Source: Lytechinus pictus
Lineage: Eukaryota
DNA length: 64,000 nucleotides
Assembly: GCF_037042905.1 (NCBI RefSeq)
Contig: NC_087251.1
Coordinates: 14,634,001 to 14,698,000, forward strand
Direction of reading: 5' to 3'
Shown here: positions 40,101 to 52,762 of the stretch, piece by piece
Position numbering within the stretch: position 1 is the stretch's first letter
Layout of the letters: each line of letters begins with the position of its first letter
Position numbers and translations under genes: made by a program
The notes under the pieces: model-generated
Told to the model about the DNA's origin: nothing
What the model saw: only the letters and a program-made list of their open reading frames with translations
Database searches by the model: none

Positions 40101-43100
40101 GAAATTACTTTTGTACATATTATTTTTTTATTATTATTATATTGCAGTCACAATAGTTGGAGTAAATATGGAATATGTAATACAAGTATGATAGTTATTT
40201 TACGGTTCTTTTTTTAAGAATGTGACATTTGCCAAGAAATACGCATGTATCAGACCTGAGGGTGTCCTTTATATTTGTCCTCCATTTTGTCGATTATAAA
40301 TCTAAAACTGGTTCGTATTGAAAGACGTGTATTACGCTTCAACTAACCTATCAAACTCCCCACTAATGACCTTACACCATCTTTAATTCCACCCTAGCGG
40401 TATACGTTTATCTCAAACGGACTTCCAATTATTAAGACATCATTTCTCACCGACTCAAAGAGTGTAAGGAAAAATGGAGGGAAATTATTTCAGAAGCATG
40501 TTTGACCTTTCCTCAAGCTAGATTAATTATTCTATAGACATGTAAGAGCATCATTCAGGCCCAGTGTTTTTATTTCAGTGCCAGAGATGCGGACGAAAAA
40601 GGGGTAAGCCGATTTTTTCTGGTGGAATTGGCTTTCAGTTTCTGCTATCGGCATTGAATTTGAAATGTCTGCCGTATGTTTTATTCATTGTTGATCTGCG
40701 TAAGTACTTCTCTATTCGCATGAATAAGCACGCCGATATTATACCTTGACATAATTGTTATTCAACTTCTGTTAATTCCATCACTTTCTCTTAATATATG
40801 ATCTACATTCCGTAAATGCATTATACAACCCCCATCATCAATTCTATATACTCTCAGAAACAAGACTTTTTCTCAGATACAGTGTAAGTGCATATAGGCA
40901 TAGGGAATATTTAACTTTAAGCCCCGATAAAATATTAGCGTGCATCAAAGTCTAGGTTCAAGGGTGTAAAAGGTGAAAAAGCAGCATTTGTTTTTTGTTT
41001 CGGTTTTCTTTAATTTTACTGTTATATTTGTAAACGCAAAACTTCATCTTGGTCTACGTACCATGCGTACGTATGCGAAAGAATTATCGCTTCGAAGATA
41101 TGGATATGACGAGAAAAAATGCAAAGATCATAATAAAACTTCATCGTAGAAGCCATTGACTAATTTTACGATTAAATACAGAATATGAAATAATATACAA
41201 GGTTTTGAAAAAATGTAGCTGGGGGTGATGAATTATTCACTGATGCTGGATCGCCGCGGCGATTACAATTTTCTTCCGATAGACGAAGCCCGGAGGAAAA
41301 TAGCAATATTGCCTGTCCAACCGAGGGTGAATAATCCCAGCCAATACTTTTGTCAGAAAAGTCTGGATAATTTGTTTGATATCCCTTCATCTAAACGATA
41401 GATCTCGGTAACTTTGCCCTAGCTGGTCCGTACCCCCATTCTGGACCAAATTCGGTAACCAACTGCAGCTCTGTGGAATCAGTGTCTGCACAGTTACTTC
41501 ACCAGGTCGTTCGGCTGAGATAACTGGCTTTTCGGTGTCCAAGACTCGAACAGAACTCGGTAGAACTACGCATGTTAAATATTTAACTGAGCATGCGCAG
41601 TCCTGTCCAGGGAAAATAATTTTCAAAAAGTCATACGAACAGAAATTTAACGAAGCTAAATATTACTGAGCTGAGTTCAGGATACAAAATTACAACGGAC
41701 GGCCTTTGTGAAAATGCAAAGCTTGTCTAAAAAGCGAGCACTAAAACTTAGTTTCATACGTAAACTCGTTCTATTCCATAAATTCTGGTTGGAATAATGA
41801 TTTAGAGATATATACACTATACAGGTAACATATATTTACCAATATAAGAATTTGAAGTTTATAAGTCAAAAGATAAAATATAATTACAGAGAGGTGAGGG
41901 GACGGCACAAATGACGTTGAGAGAAGGTGCAGTCGCAAATCATTAACCATTCTTTACCATTTATTTATTATTATTGTTGTTGCATAAGTTGCCGTTGTTA
42001 TTATCATTATCATCGTTATTTCTATTGTTTTCCTATTAACATAGCATGATAAGCGTGAATGGTAGAGCAATTGTTTTTGTTTCATTTTTTTTTTAATTCA
42101 ATCTCTTTCCCCTTGTTTCGCTCGAATGTAATGCAAATTATATGCAGTCCCATCAGAATCCATTCTTTCTTCTCTGTGATCATGTGGTTTTTAAAATGGG
42201 AATAAGCCCAGGTTCGGAAGATGAAACCGATAAGAAAGTACGAGGAAACGCGATTAGCCTCAACTGAAGTCAGATACATCACCATACTCTTCCATTAGAA
42301 AATACAAGTTTGTTTATTTCTGCGATATATCTTATGGAAAATTATATGTCTTCCATAATTTTCTCAACTGCTGAGACGGTACAAAGTCTTTGGTCGTAAA
42401 ACTCGTGCAGAAAGGAGAAGAGTGCTGGGGTAGAATGGAAATATATCCAAAACGTCATGAATCCTTTGCCGGCGCTCTATTCATTCAATTTGGTGTAATT
42501 GCTAATGTATATCTTATCAAGTCATGTCATCAAAATAATTCGCGAGGAGCGTGGATCAACAAGGCCAGGAGACCTATACTCTAATGAGAAAACTGGGAAA
42601 GGGACAAAATAGATTGACAAAAAATAATTGCAAGGCAGGATCGAAAAAAGGCGTTACACGTCATCGAACTACAAAGTCACTCCGGGGACCAGAGGTGAAT
42701 AAATAATACCGACCAGGGATTGGTGATTATTTGCAGCGTACTCACTAAGAACGTGTTTGCTCGTTAAACATCAAGATGGGAATCGGGAAAAGATGAGACG
42801 GGGAAGAGCCCAGATGGGAACTAAGATGAACAAAACAATGTAACAATTTGTGAGTAGAAGAAGATATATTTAGAAGCATGCGGACAGAAGGCGCTCAATG
42901 AAGTGAATTAAATCATATTGTTTGTTTTAAAACCAAGCTCTGATTTATGTCTGTTTTTGCTGATATCCGATACATTCCATCATTCATGTCTGTTTTCATT
43001 GATATATGATATAGCTTAGATCAATTGTTACTAATGAATCAAAATTGCTAGTTGAATATTATGGTTTGGGTTGTTACTGATTATCAATACATGAATTTAT

Positions 43101-44731
43101 CTAAAATGATTTTCTACGGAGTAGTTAGTACTTACTAAAGTTAACTAAAGTATTATCCATTATGCTTTACATTGATATACCATACTGCTCATATCACTGA
43201 TGGTCAATTAAGGCGTGAGACAAACTACACATTACCAAACAAGGTGTACAGATAAACAAAAGGAAATAAAGTTTAATATTAACATTTTGTTCTTGTCTTT
43301 CTTCTTATATTCTGGTTGATGACGCCAGTCTATTTTACAAGCGTAATCCTTGCTTTAATCAATCAACCTTGAAAAACAGCGTACCTGACGAAAATGAAAA
43401 ACCTTTCTAGAATGCTACAAAATTCATTGCATGTTTTAGAGGGCATTATTCTATTTGTTTCGGGTATTTTATCTGACATTCTCGAGTGTCGGCCAAGGAT
43501 AAAATGTAGGGGAGCGATGAATTCATCCCTTACTTCCCAGGGGATTAAGAACCCTTTACGTGATGCAGAGTGCATGTGAACAGTCCCTTCATTCACAATG
43601 ACGCAAATCGTCTCAGGAAGATATGAATGTAGAATAAAATTCATCGCTTTTAACTTTACTGTTACTGTCTCACATACATGTATCTTTGATTTTAGATTTT
43701 TAAAAGTTTTTTCAATTTTTTTTTTGCAATTTCACCACTAAGATTTAGCGATACCTTTCGTAGAAATATGTTGTTAATGGATATGGATTTGATTATTGAT
43801 ATTTGATTTCGGCCACAAAAAAACACCGCCCAATTATTGGAACAACAGTGTAAAATCTAACAGTTTATACTGAGGTAATATTTATTGTTCAGAATTAACA
43901 ATGTTTGAAAGAAGAGGTACGAAAAGAAGAAGAAGAAAAATGCAAGAAAGTAGAAGAAGAATTTGAAAAAGAAGGGGAAGAATGACAAACAGAAGATGAA
44001 AGGAAACAGAAGAAAAAGAAACAAGCAGGAGAATAAGAATGAGAAGAAGAACAACGACAAAAACAACACAAAATAAACAAAAAATAAGTGTTAGAAAGAC
44101 AAAAGGAAAACGAAAAGGTAAAAGGAAAAGACTGAGCAAACGAACAAAATGGAATAAGATAAGAAAATGAGAGAAAGAGAAAGAGAATGTAAGTTAAGGG
44201 GAAGATAAACAACAACAATAAGGTAGAGGGAAATCAAGGATGGGAAGGGTACGGAAGGAGGAAAATGTGAAGAAGGAATGGGGCAAAAGATCTTTTGTAG
44301 GAAATAACTTTTAAAAAATAGAAGGAAAACATAATCTGTAGATATGCGGTTAGAGTATCCACGACAAAACTAAAGGCAATCAAATATGGTTGACAAGAAA
44401 TTGACAATGATTTTCATAACAGCATTTTCATTCTTAATAATCTATATGCAAGTTTATTTTTCATCTACAGTATATGGACGTGAATTGCATATGAACATTA
44501 CATTGTCTTTAATGAAATAATGTAGAATTATTTCCAACAGCGACCAAAGGATAAAAAGCAAAAAGATTAACATTGAAATCTAAATTTGATGGGGTAAAAA
44601 AAAATTAAAATCATAGAAAGGATTTATCATTTGATATCGTATGTATATACAATCTGGAACCATCTACTATACACCAACCAAGAACAAGAAGAAAAGAGTT
44701 TTAATTATATCATATCATATATATATATATA

Positions 44732-44792
<61 letters not shown>

Positions 44793-47322
44793 AATACAAT
44801 ACAATTACAATACAATTTTTATAAATAATTTCAAGAATTTCTCATAGGTTTATTATCATTATTATTGCTCTACTCTCCTCCATACATTATTAACAGTTGA
44901 TTTCAAGATTTGGGAGGCCATTGTCACCTCCTTTTATCGAGATTTATTTTCTTGATATATTATAAACCTTTATCCTTTCTATTCTTGCATTTTCATGATT
45001 GTGGTGGCGTCATAATAAGTGATTGTTACGTAACAATGATATCCTCACGCGATAATTTTTACAGCCTGCGCCTCCAATATGCTTTTTTTATTATTATTAT
45101 GATGGTGATGCTGTTTTGTGCGCGGTTCCATGACTACCACAATCATGAATGTTATTATTTCAGTTCTTGTCTCTGTGAGCTTTATTGTATCCCTGAGGAA
45201 GACGTATGTTTAACGTCGAAAATTTGGAATTCAAAATAAACTGTTGGAACTAAGTACAATGCATTACCACTTTGCCTCATTAATATCTTCTATGTCCAAC
45301 ACGCGGAACGTAATATCGTTATATATATATATAACGAGAGAGGCGTGGATATATGTACCAATCGCTTTGATCATTGTTTATAATATATGTGTGAAGAGTA
45401 GAGTAGAATCAAGGATGAAGCAAAGTATACACTATGTTGTAAAGCTTTCGGCCCTGGCCTTCTTCAGTTTTTATTTGCTAAACAAAACAATCGTTATATA
45501 TATATATATATATATATAAATGAAAAATGTATGAAAAATGTTCTATGAGGCGGTCGTAGAGCTTCAAAATTTTACTCCTATATTGGTCAAGCTTTCGATC
45601 CATGCGGGTCTTCATCGGGACGAGTGTGGAGGTCCGGTTGGTCTACATCTGAGATTTTGAGAAGTAACAGTGATTCTTAACGATCTGTGTTAAGTGGCTG
45701 TGGCGTCATATCCGTGTGTGTTTGGTGGTGGGGTGTGAGTGAGGGTGTGCGTGTGTGTATGTGTGTGTATGTGTGTTTTTTATCCTATTCTTTACAATCT
45801 ACTTTGACAAAATATCTGACATTCATTTGTACACGTAGAGGATGGACACGCTTTTTCCATTATACATTTAGTTCGTGTTCAACTAAGTACTGAATCACGA
45901 AATTTTGATTTGTTAATTGCTTTTTTTTTTGCTTTGGAGGATATCCTTCATGAAAAGTGTCCGAAAATGGGGGATTTTTCATCCCCGTTAAAAACATAGG
46001 TAAACTAGTGTAAACCGTTCGGTTTATAATATAATCTCTATTACTTAAGTAGTAGCCTCACAAGATACAGTCGATGAGCATGTTTTATCCGTCTATATCG
46101 ACCGTAATCTATGATCATCCAATAATATGCACTAAATCTATCTGAATATCAAAACTGAGTCTTAAGTTACCTGTGGTTATAGAGTGGGTGTGTGGTAAAC
46201 CAATGACGGGGGAGGGAAGGAAAAACAAACATGCATCACAAAATATAAAAATGTTAGTTCAGTATAAATTCTCAGTCTATCATATCTGCCCTAAATTGAG
46301 GAAAAGTACACCCGAAGATAGACCTTTAAACAGAAAGATTAAATATCATATAAACACAATATTGTACATTATAATATGAATAGTCAAATAACTTTTGCAT
46401 TGCAGGTCAAGATGAGATAAGTTTGCGGATACCCTATGAATCCGCCAGAGTACATAGCTATACAGTTTTGCAACATAAAATAAAACGGCTGTCACATGAA
46501 ATGCGTTTGTTACTATTGTTACTAAACTTTGCCTCAGATTTTTACTATTCAAGAGATAATGCACTTTGAATCATTTACATTTTTCGCTGCCTCTTTCTCA
46601 TATTTCATGTTTTTTCTGCCTCTCTCTCTCTCTCTTATTATCATGTTTCAATCATTTGCAAGTTACTAATTACGACCTAGGACAACCTGAAAATTAAGCT
46701 GAAAAGCACCACTTTATAAGAAAATAATTTAAAAGAATGAAAGGGAGTTCAAAACTTCGTCAAGATTTTCACCTTAGAGTCTAGGACGAAGCTGCTTTTT
46801 TGATTCACTAATTTTCAACAGAGACTTCTTGGTTGCTCTTTGTCATGAGAAAACTGACTGATACCGAAAACGATTTCCTCCAAATAGAGATAAATAATAA
46901 TTAGAACATTTCTATTCTCCGACAATACTTTCAACGAGTAAATGTTTGATCCTGGAAATTTGTTAAATCTGAAATAATGGAGTATATATTCACAGCTTGT
47001 TCTTTGTCATTAAGGGTGTTTCACAGATCATTTTTTCCGTACGTTGTGGAGTGATAAGACCCTATTGACTTAAAAAAAAAGACTAAACTCAGTCTTCTTC
47101 AACGAATACTCTTGAATTGTAATTAATAGCACATAGATACATTTTTTAGATTAGTCATGGTTTTTTAAAGAACCTTGGGATTCATAATATCAGATGGAGA
47201 ATGTACCTACCGACAAGATGACATCCGGGACTTTCCCAGTAATGTGCATGTGTTAGCATAGGAAGCCATAAGCCCAGTAGCACCACGAGTACACAGGCCA
47301 ACATATACGAAGACAACTTCAT
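37027..47322 (-). CDS. GPA2: Glycoprotein hormone alpha-2-like (thyrostimulin alpha) subunit; complement(join(37027..37125,38885..39063,47211..47322)), 129 aa
   Basis: Spliced protein MKLSSYMLACVLVVLLGLWLPMLTHAHYWESPGCHLV|GYTKKVRIPGCRETKVQMNACRGFCQSYSYPSNLATLENSDYTQIFTTHGSCCSIATTHD|VNIRLQCLDNYEYVDTFKSAASCECSLCVIGD. It has a hydrophobic signal peptide and 10 mature Cys with GPA2 motifs PGCHL, NACRGFC.S...PS, CC, V.I.LQC, SA..C.C..C. Phase-1 and phase-0 GT-AG introns join in frame. Confidence 0.94.
38386..38635. mobile_element. CAC-ended MITE in GPA2 intron 2
   Basis: Ends CACTGTAAAAAA / TTTTTTAGAGTG, TA flanks. Confidence 0.65.
38885..39063 (-). CDS. GPA2: GPA2-like coding exon 2
   Basis: Acceptor ttccttttattctgcag; donor GAT|GTAAGT; lies within ORF 38867..39178. 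Confidence 0.93.
43910..44290. repeat. Purine-rich low-complexity tract
   Basis: GAA/AAAG-rich; generates spurious F/L/S-rich ORFs on the minus strand. Confidence 0.85.
44735..44790. repeat. (TA)n microsatellite
   Basis: Direct reading. Confidence 0.95.
45190..45621. mobile_element. Penelope-like retroelement terminal remnants with three minimal hammerhead-like cores
   Basis: CTGAGGA-A-GACGT..ACGTC-GAAA (+, 45193-45225); CTGAAGA-A-GGCC..GGCC-GAAAGCTT (-, 45467-45442); CCGATGA-A-GACCC..GGATC-GAAAGCTT (-, 45618-45589). Confidence 0.6.
47211..47322 (-). CDS. GPA2: GPA2-like coding exon 1 (signal peptide to PGCHLV)
   Basis: Hand translation of the minus strand; donor G|GTAGGT at 47211/47210; acceptor ttttttccag (AG at 47354-47353) lies 30 nt before the ATG. 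Confidence 0.9.
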
Positions 47323-49199
47323 TATTAGCAGTCACACAAAGTGAGAAGTAATCTGGAAAAAAAATCACATAAAATACAAATTTAGAGAGACGATCTTCAA
47401 ATTAATAAAAGCAATCATTAACAGACGCTATAGCGTAAACAAATTAAAGATGAATCAGTTTTTCTCAAACTATGCACAAATTATGAAAAAAATTATATAA
47501 ATTTTAATTGTTATGTTTTTATTTTTCTGATCTTCATGATCAGTGTGGACTCTCAAGATTATATAATCTCACTTAAAACTCTACATTAAAAAAAAATATC
47601 ATATTTACCTCTCTACGGTTGAAAGGAATAATTTATAAATTAAGAAGCTCACAGACGTACATTGAAAGACAATTTGCGTTAAAAACATAGGCACTGGGAT
47701 GAAAGCTATTCTCATGTGAGCTCTATACGACTATGTGCACCAACTGACTCTACATTTATGAGGTCTATGCCATTACTTTAATGGAACGGATGTTCATTCA
47801 TATTCTGGGGAAAGCAGAGCATTACTCATCTATGAAATGGTTCTTTTTATGAAATATAAAGTATTTTTCCCTTGCGATCAAAGCCAATGCGGAAGAAATT
47901 TTCGTGGAAATAAAATGAAAAAGGGTTATAACCTCTATTCAAATGGAAAAAGGGTGATGGTCGGTGATGGTAATTTTAATAAGCGTTTTTCGGAAGAACC
48001 TTCAAAGAAACCGGAAATTCGATGTACCCGATTTAGAGGAAACGGTTTATTTTTAGCCTGTCTCTTATTCAATTTGTAATACAAAAGTAAACGCTACGTC
48101 ACTCAGCTATCCAATATAACAATATCAGCTTATGCGCCTCCGCAAAAAGGGGCAATATAACCGCGAACAACAATTTATTGGTTTAATATCGCATTCATGA
48201 AAATATGACATATGCAAAACAAGGCCGACTCCTGTCAACCGTATCCGTGGTCATCGCTAACTCCAGGAACAGATGGATTTTGCAGAAAGAATATCATTTC
48301 CCGGAAGAGTCCTTTTACGATTGAAACAAATTTGAGATGAGTAAAAAATGATAGATTGATTTAGTACAACGTACTCAGTACAGTTAGTCTGCTGTAAGAG
48401 CGGGAGGAAGCGGCGTTCTTCTAAAGGAATGCCGACACAGCGATGAAGTGCATTATCAGATGTAGATATGGATCATGTATATTGGCGGTAACAAGCCTCG
48501 AAGTGTGTTCGTTATTATTTATTGTCGCTGATTGTTGGCTATTCGTTTTTCATTATATTGTTAACTCTATTCTGAACACGCACAAAACGAAACGTGACCA
48601 CCGGTGAAAGTTAAAAAGGCTGCAATATGATGATAAACCACTCAAATTGATTTGTATTTGCAGTATTACGGTGACATTAATTTCAACATCGATTATCCTC
48701 TGTATATTTCAGTCTCATTCTGTTGGATCCATAGATCAGGGAATATCGCAATTATGACCTTGTTTCGGGTCTAATTTATTCCATTAGCAGATTTAGTAGT
48801 AGGCAAATAACTAATCAATGCAGATATATATGACTTAACACTGGATTGTGCAAAAGCGTCCGAAGTAGTTAGGTGGTATTATTGATAAACATATACATGT
48901 ATACATAAGATATAATTATTCGTTATACGGACTCTTGATTATTCACACGAATATAATTGGGTGACAATTTCTACCTTACAGTTACACGTGATTGTAAGAA
49001 CTGTAGCGCTTTTACATTTCTCTCCTTTTTCCACTCTGTTTTGCAATTTTAAAAGTGAAACCCAATGCCATACTTATTAGTAGGAGTACCTTCACAGGTG
49101 TGAGTTTGCTCCCTTAGCAATGCCACATTGGGATCACATTTTTGGTTCTGGGTGTATTTTTGTACCTTCAGACCAAAAAGGTGCAAAACGGCGCCTATA

Positions 49200-50170
49200 C
49201 GGTGCTTATCAATAAAAAGTTTACACTTTGAAAAAGTCCTGGGGATTGAATAAATACCACCCGAGGATAATGATTTTCATATATATCCTTGGATTTGGGT
49301 CTCATCTATCAAATAAAAATAAAAATTTTGACAGAATGTTAAACTTGAGTGAGCACTGTTCATTCTGGTAAAGCTCGCAAAAACGGTTTGCGCAGAAATG
49401 CTCATCTTTCACGCTGTGTCAATAAAAGACGGCGAAAACAAACTGACCATGTGATTAATTTCTCTTATTTCATTTTGCATTTTCATGCATATGAAAAAAG
49501 AGATACATTTGAACATTATGTAACAAATTTGGCGCCGACATTGACCGTTCAACTCGAGGTAAGCACAACTGTTACCTTTTTTGTGTGTGTCAGCTGGATT
49601 TGAGGACATAAGAGAATGTAAACAAAAGTTAATTTGAGCATTTCCAGCATTGTTTTACCATTTTTATCATTTAAAATGGGTTTACATTTCAATTTCATTT
49701 TCATACTTGTTTCCCCACACATTTCCCAAGCTTGACAATGATTAACAGAAAGAAAATCAAGCCTTAGCCATTTCGTGTGAATCACAGATCTGTGCAAATC
49801 AAATATCACGATGGTCTCGGTGTGTGGGGATGGGGGTGCATTGGCGTTCGATTAAGTATTTTGGGCAAGGAAACAAGTTAAAAATGTAAAATATACCTTC
49901 AAATCATTCTTCTTTGCCAAAGTTCATGTGCTCTTCATGACTAGTGTTTACTTTTATCCAAATAACTTTTTCCGATTTCTGTGTAAATCATTTTTCACAA
50001 ACTTGTCAAAAGTGAGTGGTGCTCACTCAAGCGGAAATATTTTTCAACAGTTATATCGTCCTTCGAATAAAGAGACCTGTACCAATTTATAAATGTAGAA
50101 AGCTTTAGGATATTAAAAATGCATTGTATCATAGGATTAATTCTAAGTGTAAACTTTTTTATACGCATTG
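49200..50170. mobile_element. Tc1/mariner-like MITE, ~970 bp, upstream of GPA2
   Basis: Ends CGGTGCTTATCAATAAAAAGTTTACACTT / AAGTGTAAACTTTTTTATACGCATTG; TA flanks. Confidence 0.75.
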
Positions 50171-51849
50171 TACAATGTAGGTGCTCCTAATTTAGCTTTG
50201 CTAAAGATGCAAAGTTCAAATATTCTCTGAATCAGCTGAATTCATAGCCCTCAAAATGATTTTTATTTACTTTCTTTCATCTACTTTCATACTTCAAAAT
50301 GTCTAAATGATAAAACAGGTGGCAGCTAAGGAAGTTTGGGCCTGATGAGCAAGGTCTTACAAAACAGACACAAAAGTGAACCAACGCAAACTTATTGTAT
50401 TTTTTTGCAAAGAACTTACATACAATATTAACCTTATGCTGAAACAATAAACAAAATAAAAACATAACAACACATAACACAACACAAAGCGTTTGACCTT
50501 CGTGTCGTTTGTATATTCTTAGAATACATTTTTTTAAAATATTCAGTAAAAAGTTTGCTCTTTTTGAAAAAAAAAGAATTTTTTATTACCTCATTTTAAT
50601 CTCATGCAGATATGAACTTGGTGAATAGGAATTACAACAATATAGCAACTCATTGTGTCATAACAATGGTTTAATCAACAATTAGTAACCTGCCACAAAC
50701 GAATATTTCATTCAGTAAATGAATGGAATATTGAACTGAAAATGCCAGTTGGATTCAGTCATAAGAAATACTTAAACGTGGTTGAAGCTTAAAGGTAACT
50801 GAAAATGTGGGCAATAAAAGTTAGACATGTACAATCAATATTGTTTCAAATCGGGCTAAATTAGGGTAATCCCATTGGGTGTGAAAGAGAGAGCATTACA
50901 ATCCAGCCTTGCGACGCATGTAGGAGCCGGGTTACCAGCATTGGGAGCCGTGAACTAGTTCAATGGGATCTGATCAGACAGATAACCAGCTCAAAAACCA
51001 GCCGCGACAGTGCTACCAAGATTAATGTCATTCAACATCTCTTGTTCTTGTAGTTCTCACTCAGGGCGGGGGCAGAAGGAATAATAATTGCTGTCGAACT
51101 CATCTTGGTTTTATTGCAGTATGGCAAAGTAATGGCACGTGGGCGGAAACCATGGGCATGAATGCGATGCAGGGGTCCCGATGCGACCCCTTCCGTTGGG
51201 CTATAAATTCCTTTAACAATACAGAATATATGAAAATGGTTATTATGTCAATCATTAAACAACTTTAGTTTTATTGATTTTTTATCAGTATGTCATTCCA
51301 TTTTCATTTAAAGGCGTCGTCTATTATTTTTTCTTTTCTTAACAAAAATATCAACATTTAATTTAAAATCAATTAGTTTTAAAATGTAATTCATTTCTGC
51401 TTGAACATCCATTATGCACCTAGAATTGTATTATTTGTTTTGTCATTGCCAGTTCGAGAAAATCCAAAATTAATCATTAAGATACAACTACCTTATCTGA
51501 GTAAATTCATGGATTTGATCATCAACACGAAACCAATTAGCTGACAAAACAAATATTATTTCAGATAGAATTAAGTAGTCTTTGCCAAAAATAAACTGGT
51601 TGCCTTTCAAAATAAAACGTACAATTTACACAAGCTCCAATCTAGACCACACAAGCAAATATCCTAAAATCAAATGACAGGAAAAATGCTAATGCAAAAT
51701 AATTAATCAAGTACTTATTCTGATGGTTGCTTTCGTATTTCGTATTGTCTATCTTAAAAACAAATCGTTGTTCCTATATTATTGCCTTCCAACATCAGAA
51801 TGTCCAAATGGGACTCCATTATTTTTTTACTCATAAAAAATCTTTATTT

Positions 51850-52762
51850 ATATGACACCTAGATAGATCCTTGTGATTTGATTGGTTGTTTGATATCGTT
51901 CATTCAGCCCATTTCGCAATGACGTCATCAACCGTGCAATTTTGGATCCATTCATCGTGCAATTTTGGATCCATACGATTTTTACCGTGTTTACACTTAA
52001 TCGGCAATTGGTTCTGAACCAAATGCCGATGCAGAATCGGCATTTGGATTGCGTTTACACGTTGTTACAGCTCGCGGTTCAGAATCGCGAGCCGATGCAA
52101 AAACCTGAAATGATACGCATACCAACAATATACGTCATAATAAAGACAACGCTGGATCAGTGCGCTTACAATTACGTCACAATGGTAAAGTAATTGAAAT
52201 GCGCACAAATTGCCGGTGCAGAATTGGCTTTCTGTTTACACGTAGTAAAAAAAGCCGATTCTGCATCGGCTCGCGGTTCAGAACCTACTACTTTGGTGGT
52301 GCAAATTGCCGGTTCTGAACCGCGAGCCGATTCAAGTTGCTCGCGTTTACATGCTATGAAAAAGCCGATGCTGAATCGGCTCGCGGTTCAGAACCGCGAG
52401 CCGATTCAAATGCCGATTAAGTGTAAACACGGTATTTGTCCATAATTGCACTCGCGCACCGAGACTGCAGCCTCATGCACCAGAAGTGCGCATGTTGTAA
52501 TGACGTAACAATCAACAGACCGAACTCGCACTGCATGTGCATGTTTTGCATCGAAATTCATGAATTTCATATGATTTTTAGGTGTCATATAAACCAAATA
52601 ATGAATGTTTTTTCATTCGTGCAATGGACAGAATACTTCATTCGGTGAAAGATAAAATAATGATCCATTCAACTCGGCTACGCCTCGTTGAATGGATCAT
52701 TTCATCTTTCACCTCATGAAATTCTGTCCATTGCACTCATTAACATTCATTATTTGTATAAT
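51850..52762. mobile_element. Non-autonomous element with long subterminal hairpin, interrupted by a MITE
   Basis: Hairpin 52619-52736 (GTGCAATGGACAGAAT/ATTCTGTCCATTGCAC; ATGATCCATTCAAC/GTTGAATGGATCAT); GATTGG and TGACGTCA near the left end. Confidence 0.55.
51983..52434. mobile_element. PIF/Harbinger-like MITE nested in a hairpin-ended element
   Basis: TIR TACCGTGTTTACACTTAATCGGCA / TGCCGATTAAGTGTAAACACGGTA; TTT on both flanks; internal GGTTCAGAACC repeats. Confidence 0.82.

Noticed and set aside
43857..44218. Hydrophobic F/L-rich membrane-protein-like ORFs
   Set aside because: Antisense reading of a purine-rich low-complexity tract.
22057..47322. Bursicon alpha/beta or DAN/gremlin identity for the cystine-knot genes
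   Set aside because: Cys counts (10 and 8 in the mature proteins, not 11) and the motifs CWGRC, PGCHL and NACRGFC fit GPB5/GPA2.
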